IMG/VR virus record: IMGVR_UViG_3300045988_182841
Coordinates: 609-32,608 of that record
Strand: one strand, 5' to 3'
DNA length: 32,000 nt
DNA from: a virus
Numbering within the stretch: the first letter of the stretch is position 1; every line of letters begins with the position of its first letter. The translations under genes and the position numbers were made by a program. The notes beneath the pieces are model-generated. The model did not search any database. It was not told the origin of the DNA and worked only from the letters and a program-made list of their open reading frames with translations. Below, piece after piece: positions 7,856-15,714 of the stretch.

Positions 7856-7986
7856 TTGCACGAATGTGCGAACCGCCTAAAATAATAATTGCATAACAGA
7901 TACCATCACTTACCTCCTAACTGAACATTAACAATCTGTCATGCGCTTGTAAGCAGACTCTCTTTTGAGGGCCTGCTTATTTTTTA
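7856..7986 (+). promoter_or_regulatory. Promoter P2 + leader RNA module A + terminator hairpin
   Basis: TTGCACgaatgTGCGAAccgccTAAAAT; GCATaACAGAT (7891-7901)/ATCTGTcATGC (7934-7944); hairpin TAAGCAG...CTGCTTA 7950-7979 + T run. Confidence 0.65.
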
Positions 7987-8025
7987 TGTATTGATTAGAA
8001 AAATATTTTAGAAAGGATGAAGATT

Positions 8026-8268
8026 ATGACCACAAATACCAAAAACAGCTTTACCAGGTTCGCAGCTGCCGCAAAAGATTGCTTCTATGTGAACTCTTTT
8101 CGAGCAGACTTAGTTCAGTGCGACAGGGCCTTGAAAATGGACGGTGAAATGCGCGTCGAAGCGGAATGCTGGATGAACATTTTGGATGCCCTGGACGATA
8201 ACGACATCAAGATGTATGTCGATAACGAATACCGTCCCGGACTTTTGAACCCGTTCCATAAATGGTAA
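8026..8268 (+). CDS. Small hypothetical protein, paralog of 23711-23956
   Basis: ...VEAECWMNILDALDDNDIKMYVDNEYRPGLLNPFHKW. Confidence 0.7.
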   Translation: MTTNTKNSFTRFAAAAKDCFYVNSFRADLVQCDRALKMDGEMRVEAECWMNILDALDDNDIKMYVDNEYRPGLLNPFHKW

Positions 8269-8340
8269 CGTTCCAAAAAAACAAATGAATCAAATGAATC
8301 ACAACCCATTACTCATGCGGTAGGGCGGCATTGCTGTTCT

Positions 8341-8613
8341 GCCGTTATTTTTGTTTTTGATGTCGGTTACGTTATCGGGAAAAGCTTCGAGCAGCAAATG
8401 CGTTCTGCTAATGCAACCTGTGCCGAAAGCTTTTCCCATTGTGGCAGCAGTCACAGCGTTCGCCCTCATGTGCGCCGCGCTCACTGGCATCATTATTGGG
8501 TCGGTGAGGGACGCAACCGCCTAGAAGTTCGCTGGATTGAGCCTACTCTGGTTCTTGCCAACAGCAAAAATGAAGCCGATGTGGCAATCGTAAGAAGCGT
8601 GAAAGGAGCATGA
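8341..8613 (+). pseudogene. Partial C-terminal copy of the AcrVA2-like gene
   Basis: GYVIGKSFEQQM...VRPHVRRAHWHHYWVGEGRNRLEVRWIEPTLVL, no N-terminal region or clear start. Confidence 0.6.
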
Positions 8614-9098
8614 CAATGCTTAATTCAAATACTAATAAAGCCCTTGAAATCAACTCGAACAAAGCGGTTCTTCTCAGCATCAAAAAGCAATGGCTTGAAA
8701 AGATTCTGAGCGGAGAAAAGACCATTGAGGTCCGAAAAACCATGCCGTGGGAAATCAGCTATCCTTTTGTGGTGTTCTGCTACGAGACGAAAGCTGATGT
8801 TGGTGCCGGAAAAGTAACTGCTGCATTTGTTTGCCGGGACATCGATACGCTCGACTGTCTGCGTGAACTCCCGGCATATGCTATTGGCACAAAAGCGACC
8901 GAAAAGACCGCTCAATTCGTGAAGAACAGCTGCCTTACCGCAAACGAGCTGATTGCATACGGCAATAAGTCTGGCACTCTATATGGTTGGAACGTCTCTG
9001 ACATCCAATCTCTGGATGTATCCCTGCGAGAGCTTGGCGTTAAGCGAGCACCACAGTCCTGGATGTATCTGCAAGTTCCCAACGACAAGACGTTCTGA
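8610..9098 (+). CDS. ASCH/PUA-like domain protein, 162 aa
   Basis: AVLLSIKKQWLEKILSGEKTIEVRKTMP...YETKADVGAGKVTAAFVC. Confidence 0.75.
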   Translation: MTMLNSNTNKALEINSNKAVLLSIKKQWLEKILSGEKTIEVRKTMPWEISYPFVVFCYETKADVGAGKVTAAFVCRDIDTLDCLRELPAYAIGTKATEKTAQFVKNSCLTANELIAYGNKSGTLYGWNVSDIQSLDVSLRELGVKRAPQSWMYLQVPNDKTF

Positions 9099-9132
9099 AC
9101 GATGCCTGTTGGGGCTGCATGTGCAAACTCAG

Positions 9133-9226
9133 CAAAATATCAACCGCACGATAGGAGCAAGTTCGAACGAACGATTCATCGTGCAAACAAAGCAGACTCT
9201 CTTTTTTGAGGGCCTGCTATTTTTTT
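9133..9226 (+). promoter_or_regulatory. Leader RNA module B + terminator-like hairpin (degenerate promoter)
   Basis: CAAAAT at 9133; GCACGAT (9146-9152)/ATCGTGC (9178-9184); AGCAGaCTCTC...GAGGGcCTGCT + T run. Confidence 0.5.
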
Positions 9227-9245
9227 ATTTCAGGAGGAAACATCA

Positions 9246-9785
9246 ATGATTCTTTATCACATCATGGCAGATACCGGATACCTGCCGGACGATGTCATCC
9301 CGCAGATACCAACGAATCGGATGAAAGGGGAGGACCAGGAAATCCCAAGAATTTGTCTTGGGCACACCCTCGATGACTGCCTGACCAGCATCGGTATCGC
9401 GCATTTTGTCTCAAAATTCCTGCTCGCTGAACTGCGGGAGAACAAGAAATATTCTAAGGACATGCCGTTACCGTTCATTGTACGGATGTACAACATCAAG
9501 GACGATGACCCGAATCTTTTGACCGAGGAAGAAACGCAGAAATATGTGGCGGATTCCGTCGTAACCAGTGAATGCTGGCTTACAAGATACGAAAAACCCG
9601 TCAAAATCCGGAAACTTTGGCTTGTGAGCGGTGAAGTGGTGCTTTGGCCCTATATCGTTGACGGCATTGTATACAATTACCCAATCGTCCGTAACTCAAT
9701 TTGGGCAGACAGCAAAACCTTGCCGGACCCGGAATTTCAGAATCAACTCATGGATATCACTCAGAAGTGGCTTAACGAAGCCTGA
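9246..9785 (+). CDS. Hypothetical protein, 179 aa
   Basis: SD aggagg; MILYHIMADTGYLPDDVIPQIPTNR... Confidence 0.75.
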   Translation: MILYHIMADTGYLPDDVIPQIPTNRMKGEDQEIPRICLGHTLDDCLTSIGIAHFVSKFLLAELRENKKYSKDMPLPFIVRMYNIKDDDPNLLTEEETQKYVADSVVTSECWLTRYEKPVKIRKLWLVSGEVVLWPYIVDGIVYNYPIVRNSIWADSKTLPDPEFQNQLMDITQKWLNEA

Positions 9786-9807
9786 AAAAGAAGCACATCA
9801 AAAGCTC

Positions 9808-9944
9808 TTGTGTATCCTTGCGAATTCCATAATATAAAAGTTGTACGACAGATAACATCTACTTGGCACACTGCGTGCTCGTACAATTCATAATTCTGTT
9901 CTCATTCAAGGCAGACTCATCTTCACGATGGGCCTGCCTTTTTT
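9808..9944 (+). promoter_or_regulatory. Promoter P3 + leader RNA module C + terminator-like hairpin
   Basis: TTGTGTatcctTGCGAAttccaTAATAT; TTGTACG (9841-9847)/CGTACAA; hairpin GGCAGaCtCATC...GATGGGcCTGCC. Confidence 0.7.
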
Positions 9945-10036
9945 GTTTACAGAAAAAGGAGGAATTCAAAACAAACCACAAATCTCAAATCACAATCTTT
10001 CGCTACAAGGAAAAGACACAAAAAAGGAGTCACAAA

Positions 10037-10867
10037 ATGAAAGTCGAAAAGAATAATAACAGCATTTTTCGGAACAAGCATGTCCTGATTGTCGTCGCGG
10101 TGATGTGTATTTTTACCATCATCGCCTGCATGGGTTTTATGCTTTCTGTTCCTGCACACGCAGAGGAAAACATAGCTCCCAAAACCGAACCTGTCGCGTT
10201 TTCCACTCCCATTGAAACAGTGAATGAACTCGATGAGGCGTTCCCGATGATGGAGACCTCTGAAGAAGCACAGGAGGAAATCACAACTGCTGGGGCTGAG
10301 GTTGAATCTTCCGATGCTGCAGAACCGGAACCACAGATTGAGACCGCAGAAGCAGCTATCGAAGAGCCCGAGCCGAAAACTGAAACGATTCCAGATAATC
10401 TTGACGACAATGAGCTGGAAATCTACACAGCTCTGCGGTCCGCTGGTCTTTCTAAGGCCGGTACTGCTGCAGTAATGGGCTGCATGACAATGGAGAGTGG
10501 TCTTAACGCTTCAGCCGAAAACCCTTCGGATGGCGGCTATGGGCTCCTGCAATGGACTTACAGCCGCAAGACAGACCTTTTCAACTGGTGTTATGGCAAT
10601 GGCTATGACCCCAACACCGTTACGGGACAGGTAATGTTCTTCGCGTATGAGCTTAACAGCACATACAGCAAAGCCGCCAAATACTCGTATCCGGTGTATG
10701 AAACCCTCACTACCAGCGACAGTTTGGAAGATTGCCTTTCGATGTTCTTCTCCCATATGGAAGCGGGAACCAACGTGGCAATCTCTTCCCGCAAAGTCTA
10801 TGCAGGTGGTCTGACTACGATGGACCTGTACCGCAAACGCTTAACTGCCGCTTACAAGTACTTCTAA
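10037..10867 (+). CDS. Membrane-anchored/secreted protein with phage-tail-lysozyme-like C-terminal domain, 276 aa
   Basis: N-terminal TM; acidic linker; IYTALRSAGLSKAGTAAVMGCMTMESGLNASAENPSDGGYGLLQWTYSRKTDL. Confidence 0.7.
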   Translation: MKVEKNNNSIFRNKHVLIVVAVMCIFTIIACMGFMLSVPAHAEENIAPKTEPVAFSTPIETVNELDEAFPMMETSEEAQEEITTAGAEVESSDAAEPEPQIETAEAAIEEPEPKTETIPDNLDDNELEIYTALRSAGLSKAGTAAVMGCMTMESGLNASAENPSDGGYGLLQWTYSRKTDLFNWCYGNGYDPNTVTGQVMFFAYELNSTYSKAAKYSYPVYETLTTSDSLEDCLSMFFSHMEAGTNVAISSRKVYAGGLTTMDLYRKRLTAAYKYF

Positions 10868-10882
10868 AAGGAGAAAGTCGCA

Positions 10883-11218
10883 ATGAAAACAACCGTCTAT
10901 TTGTCCCGCAAGCTCTTGAACCAGTTAAAGGTAAAAGAAGCTGAAAGCACCAACCTTTTGCTGACCCACAATCTGCACAACATTACCGTCAACGGTAAAC
11001 GCGTTGGCTGTTCCGGGCACATCCAGAACGTGCTCAACGACAAGTGTGTCTACATTTGTACAGAGAAGAGCTGCTATCAGCCTTTGTCTGACAAAAATCT
11101 GATTCGCTATGCCGCCGATATGAAGGATTTCTCCTCCAATGACCTTGGCGTTGTGGGGCGTAACCAGTTCGTGACAGACGATGCACTCGTAGAAAAAATC
11201 ATCGATATGCTCCATTGA
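10883..11218 (+). CDS. Hypothetical protein, 111 aa
   Basis: ORF with SD aaaaggagaaag. Confidence 0.7.
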   Translation: MKTTVYLSRKLLNQLKVKEAESTNLLLTHNLHNITVNGKRVGCSGHIQNVLNDKCVYICTEKSCYQPLSDKNLIRYAADMKDFSSNDLGVVGRNQFVTDDALVEKIIDMLH

Positions 11219-11239
11219 GTGAGCAGAAAGGAAAATACC

Positions 11240-11470
11240 ATGAACATGAATAAGATAATTAACGCCGTTGTTGCATTTCTCGCCGTCTTTTTCCTCTTTG
11301 GAATCCTTTTGAACGTCTGTGCCCTGGCACAGAGCTTGAACGTGACCAATATCGTGACTCTGGTTTTGAGCATTTTTGCTCTGAATCAGTGCTGCGGTAT
11401 TTTGCTCAAAGTCATCAAACCTCAAGAGCAAAAAGCCACAGCCGCTCATCGGAAGGAGAATGCAGCATGA
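11240..11470 (+). CDS. Small membrane protein, 76 aa
   Basis: MNMNKIINAVVAFLAVFFLFGILLNVCALAQ... Confidence 0.65.
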   Translation: MNMNKIINAVVAFLAVFFLFGILLNVCALAQSLNVTNIVTLVLSIFALNQCCGILLKVIKPQEQKATAAHRKENAA

Positions 11471-11994
11471 AGAGCTGGAACAGTGCCAAGCATCCGGTTT
11501 TTGAAGCCGACCAAATGCCGGTCCCTGTTCATTGGAACCCAATGAACGAGGATTGGAAAGTGCGGCTTACCAAAAGCCAAATTTACAACACCTCTTCTGG
11601 ATTCAATGCTCAGACGCTCGGTGACATGAAGGAACTGCACGACAAAATTCTCACCTTTGGCGGGGATGAAGTTTGCATGACGATGTTCGATGAAGATGCT
11701 TCCAAAATCCTTGAACGCGGCCAATTCTTCTATGGCAGCAACTATATGAGGAAAGGTCAGGATTGCCAGTGCCATTACAATTCTGCACGACTCTGGTATG
11801 AGAACAAAGAGCGGTGCTTTATTGCAACGGGGTATGCTCTTTCCGAAGACGGGCTCTGGCGCTGTCATTCCTGGGTCGTTCAGCCAATGGCACGCACCGT
11901 TCGCGTGTGGGAAACCACCGTCAAGCGTGTTGCCTATTTCGGCGTGGTTTTGACCAGCGAGGAATGCGAAGACTTTGTCGAGAACAACACATAA
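11467..11994 (+). CDS. Hypothetical protein, 175 aa
   Basis: ATGA overlap with upstream gene. Confidence 0.7.
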   Translation: MKSWNSAKHPVFEADQMPVPVHWNPMNEDWKVRLTKSQIYNTSSGFNAQTLGDMKELHDKILTFGGDEVCMTMFDEDASKILERGQFFYGSNYMRKGQDCQCHYNSARLWYENKERCFIATGYALSEDGLWRCHSWVVQPMARTVRVWETTVKRVAYFGVVLTSEECEDFVENNT

Positions 11995-12015
11995 CAATTG
12001 GGGAGGTTACCCAAC

Positions 12016-13017
12016 ATGGGTGAACAACTACATTTCAGTATGGATGGTGAGTTCCTCACCGCCATTGCACGTGACTGGTTCTGGAATATGGACAAGCCGT
12101 ATAAAAAGTGTGAGGAGCTGCTGCTCTCCTGCATGATGGGTGGCAACGAGGAAGAAAAAAGGCATGTTTGCCAGGACATTATCGAAGGCCGGAAAAAACT
12201 TGTTGGTGTCAATGAGTTTGAACTTGTCGATGACAATGTTCATGTTCGTTCCCTCGGGCAGAAGGTTGAGGAGCTTCAACGCAAGATGCTGGTCAATCAA
12301 ATTCGTGAGGATATGATTGTGCATCCACTCAAGTACATCGACCGTTTCGCTATGTCATTCGATTATGATACGCTTTGTAAGGATGTAGAGCGTCATTATA
12401 TCGATTATAGCTATGACAGCATCAAGGACTATGTTATTGGCGATGCGGGTTACCCCGATGCCTTTAACAATGGTGCGTGGCTGCTCAACCGTCCTGACCT
12501 TGTGGCAGAATTCAACGGCGAACCGCTTCCTGAGCAGGAATCCAACCCGGAATTCTACAAAACCGATTTTTGGACCAAGCTTGCCTCTTGGATTGAAGCA
12601 AACATGAAAGGCACATCCGTTGAACGCCGTCAGCGACTGTACAACAGCTATATCAGTGATAGACCCATTCAGCATCAGCTGACCGAATATGGTCTGATTG
12701 CTCCCGATGGCACCTGGTATGCCTGCGAGTTTGGCGAGCACGCTGCCCTGGCTGGCCGCATCATCATGCGCAATCGAGAAGCGTTTGGTCTTTCTGACCA
12801 TGAAGTTCTCAATATGGCGTATGACTGGAGCGGCAAGGGTCTCGATTTCCTATATAAACGCGGTTGGATTGCCATTCGTAATCCTTCGATGGGCAATACA
12901 TTCCTCGATATGGATGAGACCAAAACCGCAACAAAAGCTCAAGTAAATACCATTTTTGACTATATTTCTAAATTCAACCGCTATGACATGAATATTTCTA
13001 AAGTTATGGTTGACTAA
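12016..13017 (+). CDS. Hypothetical protein, 333 aa
   Basis: SD gggaggttaccc; long ORF. Confidence 0.75.
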   Translation: MGEQLHFSMDGEFLTAIARDWFWNMDKPYKKCEELLLSCMMGGNEEEKRHVCQDIIEGRKKLVGVNEFELVDDNVHVRSLGQKVEELQRKMLVNQIREDMIVHPLKYIDRFAMSFDYDTLCKDVERHYIDYSYDSIKDYVIGDAGYPDAFNNGAWLLNRPDLVAEFNGEPLPEQESNPEFYKTDFWTKLASWIEANMKGTSVERRQRLYNSYISDRPIQHQLTEYGLIAPDGTWYACEFGEHAALAGRIIMRNREAFGLSDHEVLNMAYDWSGKGLDFLYKRGWIAIRNPSMGNTFLDMDETKTATKAQVNTIFDYISKFNRYDMNISKVMVD

Positions 13018-13032
13018 AAAGGAGATTTTATT

Positions 13033-13608
13033 ATGACTTCCAATATGACTATGACCGCTATTTCCATCTGTGATTTCCTGAAACTCATCGTGAAAAGCAC
13101 GGTGAAGCATTACACCGAGGATTTCAAGCTGGACATAAAGATTTTCAAGCGCTATGCAAAAGAAGCACAGGAAACTGGAAAAGCAGTGCCAATGCTCTGG
13201 TTCTGCCGCTCTTGCGGAACGTATCTCTGCCCTGAGGAAGATGCGTACAAGAAAGATACTCCCATGTTCATCACGTTCAAATACTATGATGAGCAGGAAG
13301 AGGAAGAAGCCCGGACCATTAAGGCTTTTCTGGTCACTGTGACAGGGATGGAAGGACAAAAGCCAGTTGGCTATATCACTCCCATCAACTATGCGGATGA
13401 ATGTGACCGCATTCGCCGTTACGCAGTACCTGCCGAAAAGGTCGAGCTTGTCTATGATAAAGGTTCCCTTGTCCAGAACAATGGCAACTATACGATTCTG
13501 AAGCATCCCAAGCTTGGTACACTTCAGAAAACGAAATTCTTGGCCGATGACCCTGACGCGCTTGATTATGCGCTGCATATGGCTCGCAATGAGAGAAAGG
13601 CAGGGTGA
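13033..13608 (+). CDS. Hypothetical protein with CxxC (FCRSCGTYLC), 191 aa
   Basis: ORF with SD ggagat. Confidence 0.7.
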   Translation: MTSNMTMTAISICDFLKLIVKSTVKHYTEDFKLDIKIFKRYAKEAQETGKAVPMLWFCRSCGTYLCPEEDAYKKDTPMFITFKYYDEQEEEEARTIKAFLVTVTGMEGQKPVGYITPINYADECDRIRRYAVPAEKVELVYDKGSLVQNNGNYTILKHPKLGTLQKTKFLADDPDALDYALHMARNERKAG

Positions 13609-13613
13609 CAGCC

Positions 13614-13889
13614 ATGAAAACGATGGTTACATTGACTCACGAAGAAGCCCAAAGCTATTTGGCGTACGCTCTGATTTGCGAAACGATGGAAGGAGCCTTT
13701 TGGAATTCCGGACGCCGTCGCAGACTATACAGCAAGACGTTTACCGAAGCCGAACAGAGGCAGATTCCCCGCATCAAAGCCACTGCTCACAAATGGTGTT
13801 TGGTTACTGGTGTTCCTGAAAAGGTACGCATGAGATACAGCACCTATTTGCTGTGGCAGAAACTCGCGATGTTCTGCGCTGAAATTTAA
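13614..13889 (+). CDS. Hypothetical protein
   Basis: MKTMVTLTHEEAQSYLAYALICETM... Confidence 0.6.
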   Translation: MKTMVTLTHEEAQSYLAYALICETMEGAFWNSGRRRRLYSKTFTEAEQRQIPRIKATAHKWCLVTGVPEKVRMRYSTYLLWQKLAMFCAEI

Positions 13890-13928
13890 TTTTTCATTAC
13901 CGCTGCCCATTTGGGTGGCGGTTTTTTG

Positions 13929-14059
13929 TTGCGGATTTATGCGAACGGCCTATAATCAAAAATGTACGATAGATAACAGTTATTGAAAAGGCACCCTGCC
14001 CTTCGCACACTTAACAATGCGCTTTAGGCGAACTTCCCATTTGGGTGGTTCGCCTTTTT
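13929..14059 (+). promoter_or_regulatory. Promoter P4 + leader RNA module D + terminator-like hairpin
   Basis: TTGCGGatttaTGCGAAcggccTATAAT; TGTACGA (13963)/TCGCACA (14003); GGCGAAC ttCCCAttTGGGtg GTTCGCC TTTTT. Confidence 0.7.
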
Positions 14060-14086
14060 GCGTATAAAAGAAAGGAAATAATCAAA

Positions 14087-14326
14087 ATGAATGAGTACGA
14101 AGCAACAATACAAATCAACCCAACCGACGATATCAAGTTCATACTTGAGGAGTCCGGCTGCTATGAGTCTGAAATTGAAATGATGAAGGCCGGTGGCACC
14201 TATGATGCGTTTGTCAAGCGTGTCTATGATGCCATCGACTGGTCTCATTTGTTTGAGCGTATTGCTCAGATGGAAAACGATGCCATCACGGCAGCTATCG
14301 ACAAATTGTCTGATAGCATGATTTGA
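14087..14326 (+). CDS. Hypothetical protein, 79 aa
   Basis: MNEYEATIQINPTDDIKFILEESG... Confidence 0.65.
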   Translation: MNEYEATIQINPTDDIKFILEESGCYESEIEMMKAGGTYDAFVKRVYDAIDWSHLFERIAQMENDAITAAIDKLSDSMI

Positions 14327-14345
14327 TTGTTAGGAGGTAAATACT

Positions 14346-14918
14346 ATGTACGTTCTCATTAAAAACCAGGAAGGCGAAAGCATGAACTTGCTTTCCCAGA
14401 ATACCGATTTCAACGCTCTACTGGCAGCCATGAAAACTGACATTGAGGCAGAGTACGAAAAGGCAACAGGTTATGCGATTGACCTTGACGAGGATTCCGG
14501 CAGCGATTATGAAGTCGGTATCAACGTTGAGGACAGTGCAGCAGACGGTTTCTGCCTTGCGTCCGGGTATATGTACGGCGCAGACAGCAACTTTGACTGG
14601 GGCATTTTCAAAGTAAAGTCTCAGAAAAACAATGTTGCAGCGAAACCCTACATTGGCTTGGATATGAACGAGTTCTTTCGGCAGAAAATGCTGCTGATTG
14701 ACTTGTCGGCAAAAGTGAAGGACCTCGGCTATGACCTTCTGGCCGATGAACTTTGGGGCGCAATCGGTGTCTTCGACGCTGTACAGGATTCAGCTGAAGG
14801 AGACGGTGTTTTCACTGCTCCGGAAGCGGATGAAGAAACCGGTCTGTTCCTTGACGATTTTTATAACGACGTTCTGGAAAAGATTCTGAACGCCGACAAA
14901 AAAAAGGAGGAAAAGTAA
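14346..14918 (+). CDS. Hypothetical acidic protein, 190 aa
   Basis: SD taggaggt; full ORF. Confidence 0.7.
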   Translation: MYVLIKNQEGESMNLLSQNTDFNALLAAMKTDIEAEYEKATGYAIDLDEDSGSDYEVGINVEDSAADGFCLASGYMYGADSNFDWGIFKVKSQKNNVAAKPYIGLDMNEFFRQKMLLIDLSAKVKDLGYDLLADELWGAIGVFDAVQDSAEGDGVFTAPEADEETGLFLDDFYNDVLEKILNADKKKEEK

Positions 14919-14921
14919 GCC

Positions 14922-14975
14922 ATGAAACTCTACATCCAAGGCGAACACGGTAAGCTCCTGACTTTTACAAAATGA
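14922..14975 (+). pseudogene. Truncated reading frame (MKLYIQGEHGKLLTFTK*) interrupted at the hairpin repeat
   Basis: SD ggaggaaaagtaagcc followed by a 17-aa frame running into the repeat at 14968. Confidence 0.4.
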
Positions 14976-15015
14976 AGGCTGGGAAAGCCCACGGTTTCAA
15001 CCGTGGGGTGAAAGG
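14968..15015 (+). repeat. IS200/IS605-like end hairpin, copy 2
   Basis: caaaatgaaggctgggaaagcccacggtttcaaccgtggggtgaaagg; stem CCCACGG/CCGTGGG. Confidence 0.55.
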
Positions 15016-15120
15016 CCAACACTAAAGAAACATTCTGAGGGTAACAATCAGAATTGACACATTCATGTTGTAATGATTCATATGTGCTTAACGCATTTGT
15101 ATCGCTATAAAAGTTAGCCA

Positions 15121-15155
15121 GAAGCTCTACGACTTTAGTCGTGGGGTGAAAGGTG
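15121..15155 (+). repeat. IS200/IS605-like end hairpin
   Basis: gaagctctACGACtttaGTCGTggggtgaaaggtgtc. Confidence 0.55.
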
Positions 15156-15204
15156 TCTAAGTAAAAAAATAGTTGCTGTCTATCTTCGGATAGGCAGCTT
15201 TTGT

Positions 15205-15232
15205 TTGCCTGTGCTTGCGAATTGCCTATCAT
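15205..15232 (+). promoter_or_regulatory. Spacer-motif promoter P5
   Basis: TTGCCTgtgctTGCGAAttgccTATCAT. Confidence 0.65.
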
Positions 15233-15268
15233 GAATAGTAGAGCTCAAATGAAAGGAGGACGCTATTT

Positions 15269-15340
15269 ATGCGCATGGTTGTTAAAACTTACAAGTACAA
15301 GCTGTACAACAGTGCAAAACGCACGAGTATCGTGCTTTGA
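15269..15340 (+). pseudogene. TnpB N-terminal relic (MRMVVKTYKYKLYNSAKRTSIVL*)
   Basis: KTYKYKLYNS is characteristic of IS200/IS605 TnpB N-termini; SD ggagga. Confidence 0.6.
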
Positions 15341-15410
15341 TTATTCCGGCACCTGTTATTCATCTTTATGGTGAGCAGGGCCAGGATGAATCGGATTGGT
15401 TTGCGTCAAC

Positions 15411-15690
15411 AACCCCGCCTTAACCAGTCCGCTGGTTATAGATGGGGCTTGCAGGGCAACCCGTAAGCCCGGTTGATTAGCCTAAGTCTGCTGCTCCAGC
15501 GGCAGGAAACTACGTTGTGTACTAATAATATAGGCACCTTACTCATGCTCCACAAGTGGTAAGCACTGCGGACGGCTCGTTAAACATCTCTAAGGGTAGG
15601 AGAAGTGCGAACGTCATGTCGAAAGGCTAAAACGGTATAACAACATTGGCGATGTGGACCACAGGGCGCAAGCCCTGACTTATCGATTCA
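15411..15690 (+). ncRNA. Putative omegaRNA / HEARO-like RNA of the IscB-like element (boundaries approximate)
   Basis: Non-coding, GC-rich, hairpin-rich block directly upstream of the IscB-like ORF: CCCCgccTTAACCAGtccgCTGGTTAtagatGGGG, and CAGGGCgcaaGCCCTG at 15662-15677. Confidence 0.6.
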
Positions 15691-15714
15691 TTATTTACGA
15701 AAGGAGTACCTTGC

